IMG/VR virus record: IMGVR_UViG_3300023108_000024
Span: 1-62,860 of that record
DNA from: a virus
Lineage: Duplodnaviria > Caudoviricetes
Strand: one strand, 5' to 3'
Length of the DNA stretch: 62,860 nucleotides
The notes beneath the pieces are model-generated. The model was not told where the DNA came from. It did no database searches and saw only the letters and a program-made list of their open reading frames with translations. The position numbers and the translations under genes are program-made. Of this stretch, positions 37,160-47,629 are shown in pieces. Each line of letters begins with the position of its first letter. Position 1 is the first letter of the stretch.

Positions 37160-40100
37160 TAATACAAAAATACCTTTCGTGCAATTAAGTGATACAATTA
37201 ATACGCACAGAAAAAGATTTAATCAATTAGTTGATTCAGTTGGTGATATCACCTCTTTGACTACCGATGCAGTTGACGTTGTACAATCAATTAATGAACT
37301 AGACGCAAAACTTGATTCTATACAAAACACCGGTTTGTGGACTCCGGGTGCACATTTTTCTGATAGTAATTTTGTAAGTCATTTTGATGGTCAACTTAAT
37401 GTTGATACTCGGATTTGGACATCAAATCTCGAAGCAGATTCTGCCTATGTAGGCCAATTAAATGCTTCTCAAGTTGATATAGATTCCGCCTATGTAGATG
37501 TACTAGATGTTCATTTCCTGCACGCAGACAGCGCGTATATCGACGGAGATCTATCAGTAAAAGGCAATCTTATAGTAGATGGTGTTTCTTCTCTAAAGGC
37601 TGGTAATGCAAGCCTTGTTACAATTGGTGATACTAATACTGATGCTGTTGTTTTTCAAGCACAAGTAGGTTCAGCAATTATTCCCAATAATAAACATGAT
37701 CTGGGTGGTCAAACAGATAAATGGGGAACTCTTTGGGTAGAAAATGCATCTATTGATTCCGCGGCTATAAATCAATTAGATGTAGATTCCGCAGACATAA
37801 GACAATTGCGTCTACGTGATGGTATTATTGATTCGGCCTATGTTACACAACTTAATGTAGCAACAATGGATGCCGATAATGTTGTATTGGATTCTGCCTA
37901 TATCGGTCAACTTAATGTTTCTCAGGCTGACATTGATTCAGCATATGCTGATCAGATTAATGTAAATAAACTAGATGTTGATTCAGCGTATGTAGTACAG
38001 TTAAGCGCATCTCAAGTAAATGTTGACTCAGCTTATTTTAGTCAAATAAATGTAAGTCAAATTGCTGGTGATTCTGCGTACTTCTCACAATTAAATTTTA
38101 AAGATGTAGATGTTGATTCTGCATTTATGCATCAACTTAATGTTCTTCAAGCGGATATAGATTCGGCTCATATTAGTCAATTGGATGTAGATTCAGCTGA
38201 CATAAGACAGCTACGTCTACGTGATGGTATTATAGATTCCGCTTATGTTACACAGCTTAATGTAGCAACAATGGATGTCGATAATGCTACACTTGATTCT
38301 GCTTATATTGGTCAACTTAATTCCGCTAATGCTGATATTGACTCAGCTCATATTAGTCAATTACATGTTGATTCTGCAGACTTTGGAACTCTAAGCACCA
38401 GTGGGTTTATAGGTATTATTGATTCTGCTGCTGCAAGCAACTTGCATGTTAATACACTTTCAGTTAATAGTCTTGTTGCAGCAACCCAAGTTGTAGAAGG
38501 TAATGTTAGAACTAGTGATGCATATGTAGTTCTACTTTCTGAAAATACACCAGATCAGGGTCAACCTACTCAAAATGCAGGTATAGCAGTTCGCAGACGG
38601 TCCTACGATTCTGCGGTAATTGAATGGAATGAAAATGGCAACTATTGGGTTGCTAATTATGACTCATCTAATACTTCTCAAATTCTTACAGCAAGTAACA
38701 TTGACGGTTCTACACTAGAATTTTCATCTGGTACAGTAAATGTTAAGGATAATGGTATTGCCCTAGGTACTAAAACTACTGGTAACTATGTACAGTCAGT
38801 TGGAGTAACTGCCTCAACTGGTATTAGTGCATCTGGTACAGGTGAGGGGGCTACCGTAACAATTGCTGGCGTAAATGCCACAACCTCGGTTAAGGGTGTG
38901 GCCTCATTTAGTTCTGATAACTTTAGTGTAAGTAATGGTGCAGTATCTGTTAAAAATAATGGTATTACTCTAGGTACAGAGACTACCGGCAACTACATGT
39001 CTGGTATTTCTGGAACTACCAATGAGATTACAGTATCTCATACACCAGGTGAAGGTTCATCAGCAACAATTGGTTTGCCAGATGATGTTACTATTACAGA
39101 TCAATTGAGTGTAAATAGAATTGCTGTATCAAAAGGTATTACAGCAGACTCAGCTGATATCAGTCAATTTGCCGCAGACTCTGCAAATATATCTGGTAAC
39201 CTATGGGTCGGTGGAAATACTATACTAAAAGGTAATTTAACAGTATCAGGTACAACTACTACCGTCAATACAGAGACAATTAACCTTGCTGACAACATTA
39301 TAGTTCTCAACAGTAATTTGGGAAGTAGTATTGCTCCAACACAAGACGGCGGTATAGAAATTGAGCGTGGCAATCGAAATAATGCAAAGCTGGTGTGGGA
39401 TGAAAGTGAAAATTACTGGGCTGTACATGATGACTCTGCAGCCACAAAAACAGATACTCTTTCAAGAATTGCTACTTCTAGTTGGTTAGATGCAACCGCC
39501 CCCATTTCATTTAATTCAACCTTTGGTTCTATTACACACGATAATGCCACTAGAACCGATACAACCTCTGAGGCCACCGCATCATACTCGGGCGAACAGG
39601 AGGTTATTGACAGCATTACTACTAATGCAACGGGCCATGTTACTGCCGTCAATACAAAAACAATTACGTGGCCAGCCGCAGTTACCCCAAACAACTCTAC
39701 TATTACTATTTCAGCAAGACATGGTTTAAAAACCGGTGGTAATTTTACATTAGACCAGTCATTTAATGAAACCATATCCATTGATATTGACTCAAGTGAC
39801 CTTGAAGGTAGATATAGAATACCACTTCTTAACAGTGATCCATCAACTGGTACTTTCTGGTATGATGGTCTAAACTCGGTAAACAACTCTAATGGTGTTT
39901 CAAAGATGATTATCGGTAACAGTTCTTATGACTGGAATGATAATGGATCTCCAACACTAGAATTAAGACAATATGGTTATAGTTCAAGCGTTGGTGGCGG
40001 TGGCTTAACTGCTGAATTACTTGGTATGCATAAGGTTAACTTTACATATAAGCAACAAAATACTGCTAGTGGTGGTGATGATACTGCAGTTGATGTTGTA

Positions 40101-41393
40101 ATGGCTGATATCACAACCGATATTGAACATACAGCAAGTAGTAAAGTACAACGTGGTGCATTGAACCTTGCGGCGTATACAACAACATCAACAAATGGTG
40201 CTACAAACGAAACTGCTAAACTAGTTCTTGGAAGTGGTGCTACTTATAATGACGCAACACTAAGTGCAGATAATAATGTTGTCCTTGACGCTGCAGGGGA
40301 TATTACACTAGATGCAGATGGTAATAACATTAACTTTACAAATGGTAGTGGCGCTGATACTTGGATCTGGACATTAAATAATGATGCTACTGGTTCTTTT
40401 GTTTCTCCTGATTATTTTACATTAGAAGGCGTTGGTGGACTTGAACTTAAATCTAGTTATCTCTTTGGTGGTGATAATAATTTAAAATTAACTTCATATG
40501 CATCCATATATGCAGATGGCAACTCATTTGTTATTACTGGTGATTCTGATCTTCAGTATTTGAGATTCTATGGATTTGATGGTGTTAATAATGCTCAAGA
40601 AATTCAAGCCACAGATGGACTAAACATTTATGCAAATGAAGAAATAGAAATTAAAACTGGACAGTCCATTAATGATAAAGCGGGCGGGCACGGTGGTAAT
40701 ATTGTTATTGAATCTGAAAGCTCAAATCCGGCGGTTGGAACCGATGGCTATGTTATTATTGATGGTGAAAATGGTGTCTGGCTTGAAGCAGATAACGGCA
40801 GCATTATTATGTCAAGGGGTTCTGCCTATCAAACTACGCAGGGTATTACTTATAGTATAGGCACTGCTGAACAAACTATGTACGCAACAAATACATTAAC
40901 GATAAACAGTGGAAATTATACCAGCATCCAAGCCAATCAAGCCGTGCTGCTTGAACCAGATAATGGTAAAGTGTATTTCCAGACAACTGCCCAACAAGGC
41001 TTTTTAGATTTTGCTACTACATCAACTATTAAACTTTATACAGGCACATATAGCGGTACTCTTAACTCAACATGGTCTGGTGATGATCTAACAGTTCAAG
41101 GTGACGTCACATCTATCTCAGACATCCGCACCAAAGAAAACATTGAAACTATAAACGGCGGCGTTGATCTTGTATCGCAACTACGTGGTGTTTGGTATAA
41201 TAAGATTGGTGAAGAAGAAAGAAAAGTTGGTGTAGTAGCACAAGAGGTAGAAGAAGTTCTACCAGAAGTTGTCAAGACAGACGAAGAAGGTATGAAATCG
41301 GTTGATTATGGAAAGATGGTTGGTGTATTAATAGAGGCTATTAAAGATCTGAAATCTGAAGTAGATATGTTAAAACTAAAACTAGGAGAATAA
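37152..41393 (+). CDS. Long tail fibre with DSA repeats and a C-terminal intramolecular chaperone (peptidase S74)
   Basis: SDIRTKENI...LRGVWY...VGVVAQEVEEVLPEVV...VDYGKMVGVLIEAIKDL; repeated xDSAYxxQLNV units. Confidence 0.85.
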   Translation: MANNTKIPFVQLSDTINTHRKRFNQLVDSVGDITSLTTDAVDVVQSINELDAKLDSIQNTGLWTPGAHFSDSNFVSHFDGQLNVDTRIWTSNLEADSAYVGQLNASQVDIDSAYVDVLDVHFLHADSAYIDGDLSVKGNLIVDGVSSLKAGNASLVTIGDTNTDAVVFQAQVGSAIIPNNKHDLGGQTDKWGTLWVENASIDSAAINQLDVDSADIRQLRLRDGIIDSAYVTQLNVATMDADNVVLDSAYIGQLNVSQADIDSAYADQINVNKLDVDSAYVVQLSASQVNVDSAYFSQINVSQIAGDSAYFSQLNFKDVDVDSAFMHQLNVLQADIDSAHISQLDVDSADIRQLRLRDGIIDSAYVTQLNVATMDVDNATLDSAYIGQLNSANADIDSAHISQLHVDSADFGTLSTSGFIGIIDSAAASNLHVNTLSVNSLVAATQVVEGNVRTSDAYVVLLSENTPDQGQPTQNAGIAVRRRSYDSAVIEWNENGNYWVANYDSSNTSQILTASNIDGSTLEFSSGTVNVKDNGIALGTKTTGNYVQSVGVTASTGISASGTGEGATVTIAGVNATTSVKGVASFSSDNFSVSNGAVSVKNNGITLGTETTGNYMSGISGTTNEITVSHTPGEGSSATIGLPDDVTITDQLSVNRIAVSKGITADSADISQFAADSANISGNLWVGGNTILKGNLTVSGTTTTVNTETINLADNIIVLNSNLGSSIAPTQDGGIEIERGNRNNAKLVWDESENYWAVHDDSAATKTDTLSRIATSSWLDATAPISFNSTFGSITHDNATRTDTTSEATASYSGEQEVIDSITTNATGHVTAVNTKTITWPAAVTPNNSTITISARHGLKTGGNFTLDQSFNETISIDIDSSDLEGRYRIPLLNSDPSTGTFWYDGLNSVNNSNGVSKMIIGNSSYDWNDNGSPTLELRQYGYSSSVGGGGLTAELLGMHKVNFTYKQQNTASGGDDTAVDVVMADITTDIEHTASSKVQRGALNLAAYTTTSTNGATNETAKLVLGSGATYNDATLSADNNVVLDAAGDITLDADGNNINFTNGSGADTWIWTLNNDATGSFVSPDYFTLEGVGGLELKSSYLFGGDNNLKLTSYASIYADGNSFVITGDSDLQYLRFYGFDGVNNAQEIQATDGLNIYANEEIEIKTGQSINDKAGGHGGNIVIESESSNPAVGTDGYVIIDGENGVWLEADNGSIIMSRGSAYQTTQGITYSIGTAEQTMYATNTLTINSGNYTSIQANQAVLLEPDNGKVYFQTTAQQGFLDFATTSTIKLYTGTYSGTLNSTWSGDDLTVQGDVTSISDIRTKENIETINGGVDLVSQLRGVWYNKIGEEERKVGVVAQEVEEVLPEVVKTDEEGMKSVDYGKMVGVLIEAIKDLKSEVDMLKLKLGE
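37420..38470 (+). repeat. Intragenic 10/15-residue repeat array (IDSAYxxQLNV) with an internal duplication
   Basis: About 20 DSA-containing units. QLDVDSADIRQLRLRDGIIDSAYVTQLNVATMD is encoded twice, about 405 nt apart. Confidence 0.85.
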
Positions 41394-41394
41394 T

Positions 41395-42984
41395 ATGGCC
41401 TTTAAAGCTGGAACTAGTGACCGCCCTCATTCTACGATAGACGGAATACCATATCTTTATGATTCACCAAAAGCAACATTTGCATATCCGTCATACAGGA
41501 ATATTTTTAGAAAAATAGCTGTTGATGAAGATGCAGCAGACGGTTCTGATTTATTTTTAAATACTGCCTTGACCCCTTATACCGGCCAGCCACGTATGGT
41601 TTATGGTGGCGGTAAAGTATTTTTTGCATGCCCAAGACATAGCAACGCTGGGCAGGAAACAAGCGCTGGCATGTTGTTCGGACTTAACCCAGGCAGAGTT
41701 CATCAAAACAACAAAACAAGATATGGCTATTTAAATGATGTGACCCTTAAATCTAATGATAGGTTTTTTGGAGTATTTTATTATAATGGTGAAAGAGATA
41801 AAAATAATGGATGGGATGATGGAACCCCTTGGGAAAAAATAGATATATGGTCTGGGGGTGCAGGTGCCCAGGCAAACAAATCTATAGCATATACAGCAGG
41901 ATGTATAATATCAGGTGCACCTGGTTATGATGACACCGGTAATAATGTTACAAACGCGGGTGGTGTTCGTGTACAAACTGACTCAGAGCAATATAGTGGT
42001 AATGGGGTAAGATATCATTTACCGTCTTTTTATGGAAATTATTATTATGGAGATGGTCCAAGTCCAGCAGGTGGTGGTGGTCAAAAGGGCGGCATGTACG
42101 ATACTAATGCTTCTGGCTATCAGTTTAATTATATGGGCGCTTCTGTATCAGCTGCTAGTGGAAAAATGGTTGTTGGGTTCAACCGCTCTTTGTATAAACC
42201 TAATACTGCCATAGGTGAAGATAATAAGGTTTGGTTTTATGATGATATGCAAAGTGTATATAGTCCATTTAATGGCTCAGGCAAGGTTATCAAAATGAAG
42301 GATATACCTATTGCTAAATGGTATCATGATAATGCATCAAATTATACTCAATGGGGTGAGTCTCACGATATTGGATGTGGGAGGATTGTGGTAGGAGCAC
42401 CACGTGAAGACATACTTGATGGTGATGGTAATGTGGTAACAAATTACGAAAATCAAGGTGCAATTTATATATTTGACTATAGAGGTAATTTACTAAGAAG
42501 AGTTGCAAATCCAACTCCTAATACTTCTGGTGCAAAGGGCCAATTTGGCCGTAACGTGAAAATTGGTGGTGGAAGAATAGTAGCAAGCGGTTATTCACAG
42601 AGTACTCATGTATTTGATCTTGATGGTAATCATATAAAAGACATTTTAACAGAAACTTCTGGGGTATATTTGGGTGGTTATGAATCTTTTGGAGATCAAA
42701 TAGATGTTGGTTTTGGTTATATTGTAATTGGTGCATACTCTGATTTTATTAACCGTGGTAAAGTTTACTTATATGATCTTGATGGGAATTATTTGGCTTC
42801 AATAACCGGTGATGCTACAAACGAACGTTTTGGTTCCGGAGTATGTTTAGGACCAGGTCAACTTTATATTGGAGGACAGGGGCCCTCTTCAGGCCGAGGG
42901 TATTGTACAGCTTATGAATTAAATTATGGCCGCGGAATCTTTACCCCATATGATGTACAGGCAATGGAAGATGGAGATAAGTAA
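41395..42984 (+). CDS. FG-GAP (integrin-alpha-like) beta-propeller protein
   Basis: Repeats such as IGCGRIVVGAP, GAIYIFD, FGRNVKIG and GKVYLYDLDG. Confidence 0.75.
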   Translation: MAFKAGTSDRPHSTIDGIPYLYDSPKATFAYPSYRNIFRKIAVDEDAADGSDLFLNTALTPYTGQPRMVYGGGKVFFACPRHSNAGQETSAGMLFGLNPGRVHQNNKTRYGYLNDVTLKSNDRFFGVFYYNGERDKNNGWDDGTPWEKIDIWSGGAGAQANKSIAYTAGCIISGAPGYDDTGNNVTNAGGVRVQTDSEQYSGNGVRYHLPSFYGNYYYGDGPSPAGGGGQKGGMYDTNASGYQFNYMGASVSAASGKMVVGFNRSLYKPNTAIGEDNKVWFYDDMQSVYSPFNGSGKVIKMKDIPIAKWYHDNASNYTQWGESHDIGCGRIVVGAPREDILDGDGNVVTNYENQGAIYIFDYRGNLLRRVANPTPNTSGAKGQFGRNVKIGGGRIVASGYSQSTHVFDLDGNHIKDILTETSGVYLGGYESFGDQIDVGFGYIVIGAYSDFINRGKVYLYDLDGNYLASITGDATNERFGSGVCLGPGQLYIGGQGPSSGRGYCTAYELNYGRGIFTPYDVQAMEDGDK

Positions 42985-44582
42985 TGGCTTTTTATATAGA
43001 TAACGATCCTACTAATAATAATCCACCAGCTGCCAAAAAATTAGTATTAGATGATAGGGATATTATTGTATCTAATCCCAAAGAAAATTATTCACACCTA
43101 ACAACTGATTATACACAAAAAAAGATAAATGTAACAGTTGGAGGTGGTAACAACCAGCAAATGGTGGCTGGATGTGGTATTATAGTACAAAGTCAACAAA
43201 GTTGGACCTATGGCTCGCCCTTCGAAGGTATGGGCCGCGTTATTGTATATAATAAAAAGGGTGAAGAACTTTATAAAATTGATCCTGTTAATGCCACAAC
43301 CCTTCCGGATGGCACAGATCCTGAGTTTGGGGGTGAAGAATTTACACCAGGTATGAGAGACGGTCTGCGTTTTGGAGAAGCCGTTGCGGTTGGTAATGGT
43401 ATATTGGCAATAAGAGTTGGTGGAGCCCATGACAGTGATAATAATGGAAATTTAATAACTCTTAACTTTGCCGCTGGTGCAAATCAGGCTGCTTCAGAAA
43501 ATCAGGGTCATATTGTTTTTTACAGAGCAGCCGATGGTAGATATATTGGCCACGTTGATAGACATAAAAGTATGAACGGTTTAGACAATTCACGTGAAAC
43601 TGGATGGTCTAAGCAATCAAAACAATTGGCAATTACTGGGGGAACATACCCTGGATTTTCTTTATGTATATCATCAGATCATTATATGGATAGTAACTAT
43701 TCAACTACCGGTACAGCTAGTTATGGTTCTAATGAAAGGCCTGGTAGAGTATATGCTCATACTAGTGGTCAATACAATTATAATTCAGGATCAATTGGAT
43801 CGGCTAATAATAAATGGCAGACACATCTACCATCTGCTCTTAATCTTACTAACGCTTATGCAGATGGTCAATACCCAGTTGGATTTTTTGGTATGGTTGA
43901 TTCTTTAGGAGATTCTGCTCAGTGGTATTCAAACCCACAATTTGGAGAATCTTTGGCAGCAGGATTTGGGAGGGTTGTTATAGGAGCACCCGGTGATGGA
44001 ACAAATAATTTTTATTATGATGGGCATGGACCTGGTTCAGCATTTTTGTACAGTACATCTTTAAATCCTTTAAGAAAATTGGCCAACCCTGATCGCAATT
44101 TAAGTAACAATGATGGCTTTGGACATCATGTAGCCATAGGTTGTGGGCTTGTGGGTGTATTGGCTCCATGGTATAATAACAATCAAGGTGCTGCATATAT
44201 TTACGGCTTAGAGGGACAATTTCAATTTAAAGTAGAGGGTATGGCTAATATGAATCCTCTAACCATGTCTATAGCAAACAATCAAATTACTATAGCAGGT
44301 TCTGGAGGATCCTTAGGAGGTCATTTGAGAATATTTGATCTTGAAGGTAATTTATTAGATTCAATTAGAGGTGGTGCCGGTTGGGGATATCTTTTCGGCA
44401 GACCAAGTGGCTGGGGCAAATATATGTCATCAGTTGATGAAACAATTGTTGTTTTGGATCATGGTGATGAAAATTGGGGTGATGACCTAATTTATCAAAA
44501 CGTTGACAGTGGAGCATTCTATATATACGAAACACCAAAAAGACGCAGTAGTGTCTATGATCAAAGTATTAGAGGCGTATAA
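42984..44582 (+). CDS. FG-GAP beta-propeller protein
   Basis: FGEAVAVG, FGESLAAGFGRVVIGAP, FGHHVAIGCG, GAAYIY. Confidence 0.75.
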   Translation: MAFYIDNDPTNNNPPAAKKLVLDDRDIIVSNPKENYSHLTTDYTQKKINVTVGGGNNQQMVAGCGIIVQSQQSWTYGSPFEGMGRVIVYNKKGEELYKIDPVNATTLPDGTDPEFGGEEFTPGMRDGLRFGEAVAVGNGILAIRVGGAHDSDNNGNLITLNFAAGANQAASENQGHIVFYRAADGRYIGHVDRHKSMNGLDNSRETGWSKQSKQLAITGGTYPGFSLCISSDHYMDSNYSTTGTASYGSNERPGRVYAHTSGQYNYNSGSIGSANNKWQTHLPSALNLTNAYADGQYPVGFFGMVDSLGDSAQWYSNPQFGESLAAGFGRVVIGAPGDGTNNFYYDGHGPGSAFLYSTSLNPLRKLANPDRNLSNNDGFGHHVAIGCGLVGVLAPWYNNNQGAAYIYGLEGQFQFKVEGMANMNPLTMSIANNQITIAGSGGSLGGHLRIFDLEGNLLDSIRGGAGWGYLFGRPSGWGKYMSSVDETIVVLDHGDENWGDDLIYQNVDSGAFYIYETPKRRSSVYDQSIRGV

Positions 44583-47164
44583 TGTTTTTTTCTTCAACAA
44601 GAACAATGGGAACACATTTTAATGTTGAACATGATTCTCAACAGTCTTTATTAGCCACATATGCTGATTATGGACAGTCATGGCCACAGGACGGAACCCA
44701 AGATAATTATTCTAGTATAAGCGCCCCTCTCTGGTTACAAGATCCAGTTGATAGGACTCAGGGTGGTACATATACGGTGTTTAACTACAAGGCGCAAGAA
44801 AACCCTGATTATAATCAGTATAAGAGATCCAAGAGTATTCAAATAGGTAATGGCCTTTTAATAGCAAATTCTCCGTATACGGGTGCTGCAGGTAATATAG
44901 ATGGAAGGCTTGATATTTTTGGCCTTAATGGTCAGTTTAGAAGAACACTGTTGCCATATGACGCGTCAAGTAGTTTTACCAATGCTAAGAGAGGGTCGTG
45001 GGCTATTGGGCAGGGTTTAATCGTTGGTGGTAATCAGGATGATGTGTCAGAACGAGGTCGTTGTGACCTTTATAATCTTAATGGGGAAAAACTAGGTCAG
45101 GTCCAAGTAGGATGGGAGTTCTATGATCATTTTGGATGGTCAGTTGCTATTAATGAAAATAGAATTGTAATGGGCGCACCTGGTGCTCACGATCCAAATC
45201 CATCATTTGGTGGCAAAGCTCACGGTAGAGGTTCTATAATGATCTTTGAATATGGTGGAGGTGGTAGATCTGCTAACCTTGGCAGGGCACAAGATGTATA
45301 TATGTTGGCGCATATTTATAATTATGATGATGGATATACACCCACAAGTTCTACTGAAGGTTGTTATGCTATGATGGGCCACGACGTTGCAATTGGTTGT
45401 GGCCGTATTGTAGCAGGTGCACCTGGATATCGCACTGCAGCCGGCAATGGATATCAAACTGGAGCCATTTATATTTTTGATCTTAATGGGGTGAAAATTA
45501 CTAAAATTATTGGTGGTACTTCAGCAAATAAAACTGAAGCGCAAGCTAATGGTGGTGGTGTGGCTAATAACAATGTTTATACTACATCTCAGGTTTTTGG
45601 CAATACATTTGGAATGTGTGTAGACATTGGTCATAATATGATTGTGGTTGGTGACCCAAATGCATTCAACCAAAAAGGTGCTGTATATGTATATGATCTT
45701 AATGGCAATTATATAGGTTATAGAAAAGGGGCTGCGGCAGGAGATCATCTAGGAATGTCGGTTGCCATTGGTGATGGACGTATTGTTGCTGGAGCTCCAC
45801 AAACCTTATTTCCTGACACTGTTTCTACTAATAATGGAGCTGGATATGTTGAAGTACTTAGACTTCCCACTATTTACCAAACTGACAGTGACGCCAATGG
45901 ATCTCTTGTTTTAGAAACAACTCTTTATCCCTGGACATATGCACCTAATGGTGGTGGATATGGTCAATGTGTTGCTATCGGCGAAGGTAAAATAGCAGTA
46001 TCAGACCCATCACGTATAAAGAATGTTCCGGGTGTATCACCATCACCGTACCATGGAGCTGTGTATTTATATGATACCTATAAAATAAATTCACACGAAA
46101 AATTTGCTTTTAATTTAGGTATGGATACAGATATGGGCAAATATAATGAAAACAGACTTGATGATTCTGCATCTTATACAAATAGATCCGGCAGTTTTAC
46201 ATTAAGGGGTATGCTTCCAGGTGTTAGAGCTTCAGAGCTTGTTGAACCGGGAGGTTCTATTTTTATTGATAGTAATTCATTTGTTTATTCTGATGATAGT
46301 ACTCAACCGGGATTACTAATAGATACTGATAATATTACTATAACAAATGCTGGTATTATAATGGGCCGTGGTGGTAATGGAGGTTCGGAATGGTTGGGAG
46401 ATTCTAATGGTAGGGATGGTAGTCCCGCGATTAAAATCCAACCGTGGGTTTCAGGCACAACTATTATCAACAGGCCCGGCGCCGTTATTGCAGGCGGTGG
46501 TGGCGGAGGTAGTGGTAAAGCTGGTGGTGGTGGTGCTGGAGGCGGCCACGGCGGTGTATATAGTATAATGATGGATGCATTGGATTCCAATGCAGATGGT
46601 GTTGTTCCTATGACCGTTTCAGGAGATAATTACACTCAAAGTATTGCGGGTGAATCACTACGAGGCATTGATACCTCAGGTGTAAGTCTAAGTGGCCTTC
46701 CATATGCGAGAGGGTTTGATGGATGGGCAGTAAAACAAGGCAACCCAACTAATCCATCTTCTCCTAGAGCTCTAGGTGGAGAAGGTGGCGGTGCAGGTGG
46801 TTATAGATATGCAAGCGGTGGTACTAGTATATTAGACGCTACTCAAAACATTTGGGGAAGTGGTGGATGGGGTGGCCGTGACGTCTCAAATATATCTAAT
46901 ACTACTAGTGTTTGTAATTCTGGTACTTATGGTCATGGTGGTGGTATAGGAAGTGCTACTGGTACTGGCGGAAATGGATGTGGTAGTTTAGGATACTGGA
47001 ATGGCGGCGGCGGTGGATACGGACAAGCTGGCGCAGCAAGTAATAGCTGGGCTTCAGGCAGTTATACATCATCAGGCGGTGCTAGTATTGAAGGTACCTC
47101 TTTCTTAATTGACAGTGGTACTATGTATGGCGTTCACACAGACACAACAGATATATCTTATTAA
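44582..47164 (+). CDS. FG-GAP propeller fused to a glycine-rich gp38-like adhesin domain
   Basis: FG-GAP repeats, then ITNAGIIMGRGGNGG...GSPAI...IINRPGAVIAGGGGGG. Confidence 0.7.
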   Translation: MFFSSTRTMGTHFNVEHDSQQSLLATYADYGQSWPQDGTQDNYSSISAPLWLQDPVDRTQGGTYTVFNYKAQENPDYNQYKRSKSIQIGNGLLIANSPYTGAAGNIDGRLDIFGLNGQFRRTLLPYDASSSFTNAKRGSWAIGQGLIVGGNQDDVSERGRCDLYNLNGEKLGQVQVGWEFYDHFGWSVAINENRIVMGAPGAHDPNPSFGGKAHGRGSIMIFEYGGGGRSANLGRAQDVYMLAHIYNYDDGYTPTSSTEGCYAMMGHDVAIGCGRIVAGAPGYRTAAGNGYQTGAIYIFDLNGVKITKIIGGTSANKTEAQANGGGVANNNVYTTSQVFGNTFGMCVDIGHNMIVVGDPNAFNQKGAVYVYDLNGNYIGYRKGAAAGDHLGMSVAIGDGRIVAGAPQTLFPDTVSTNNGAGYVEVLRLPTIYQTDSDANGSLVLETTLYPWTYAPNGGGYGQCVAIGEGKIAVSDPSRIKNVPGVSPSPYHGAVYLYDTYKINSHEKFAFNLGMDTDMGKYNENRLDDSASYTNRSGSFTLRGMLPGVRASELVEPGGSIFIDSNSFVYSDDSTQPGLLIDTDNITITNAGIIMGRGGNGGSEWLGDSNGRDGSPAIKIQPWVSGTTIINRPGAVIAGGGGGGSGKAGGGGAGGGHGGVYSIMMDALDSNADGVVPMTVSGDNYTQSIAGESLRGIDTSGVSLSGLPYARGFDGWAVKQGNPTNPSSPRALGGEGGGAGGYRYASGGTSILDATQNIWGSGGWGGRDVSNISNTTSVCNSGTYGHGGGIGSATGTGGNGCGSLGYWNGGGGGYGQAGAASNSWASGSYTSSGGASIEGTSFLIDSGTMYGVHTDTTDISY

Positions 47165-47188
47165 TTAACTCTTTAAGTTTCTTTTTCT

Positions 47189-47196
47189 TATAAATA
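47189..47196 (+). promoter_or_regulatory. T4-type late promoter
   Basis: Intergenic TATAAATA. Confidence 0.8.
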
Positions 47197-47250
47197 AGAA
47201 CAACGGAGCAGGGGCACGTGGTGTGTCCGACAAAGAAACTGGAGAGTTTT

Positions 47251-47610
47251 ATGGCCCAATACGAAGAATTTACTATCGATAAAGGTAGCGATATCTCTAT
47301 CGAACTACATCTTGAAGATGCAAATGGCAATACTAAAAACCTGGCTAATCATTCGATTACAGGTACTATGAAAAAATCATATGCAGCAACTACTTCTATT
47401 GAATTTACTACAATAGTTGCATCACCATCTACTGACGGAATTGCTACTCTCTCCCTTACAAATGCTCAGACCGCCCTGTTGGATACAGGCAGATATGTTT
47501 ATGACATTAACATATCTTTTTATGACAGTGATAACAACGAGATTATTGAACGCGTTATGGAGGGAAGAATTCAGGTTACACCCAATGTTACAGAACCACG
47601 ATCTGAATAA
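47251..47610 (+). CDS. Ig-like virion protein (BppU_N-like)
   Basis: GGAG RBS before ATG 47251; FTIDKGSD...LSLTNAQT..LDTGRYVYDI...RVMEGRIQVTPNVT. Confidence 0.7.
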   Translation: MAQYEEFTIDKGSDISIELHLEDANGNTKNLANHSITGTMKKSYAATTSIEFTTIVASPSTDGIATLSLTNAQTALLDTGRYVYDINISFYDSDNNEIIERVMEGRIQVTPNVTEPRSE

Positions 47611-47629
47611 AGCAATTTCGGAGACTTAA

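Noticed and set aside
37152-47164. Diversity-generating retroelement or invertible tail-fibre cassette
   Set aside because: I saw no reverse transcriptase, recombinase, adenine-specific TR/VR pair or inverted repeats in the window. The repeats differ at synonymous positions.
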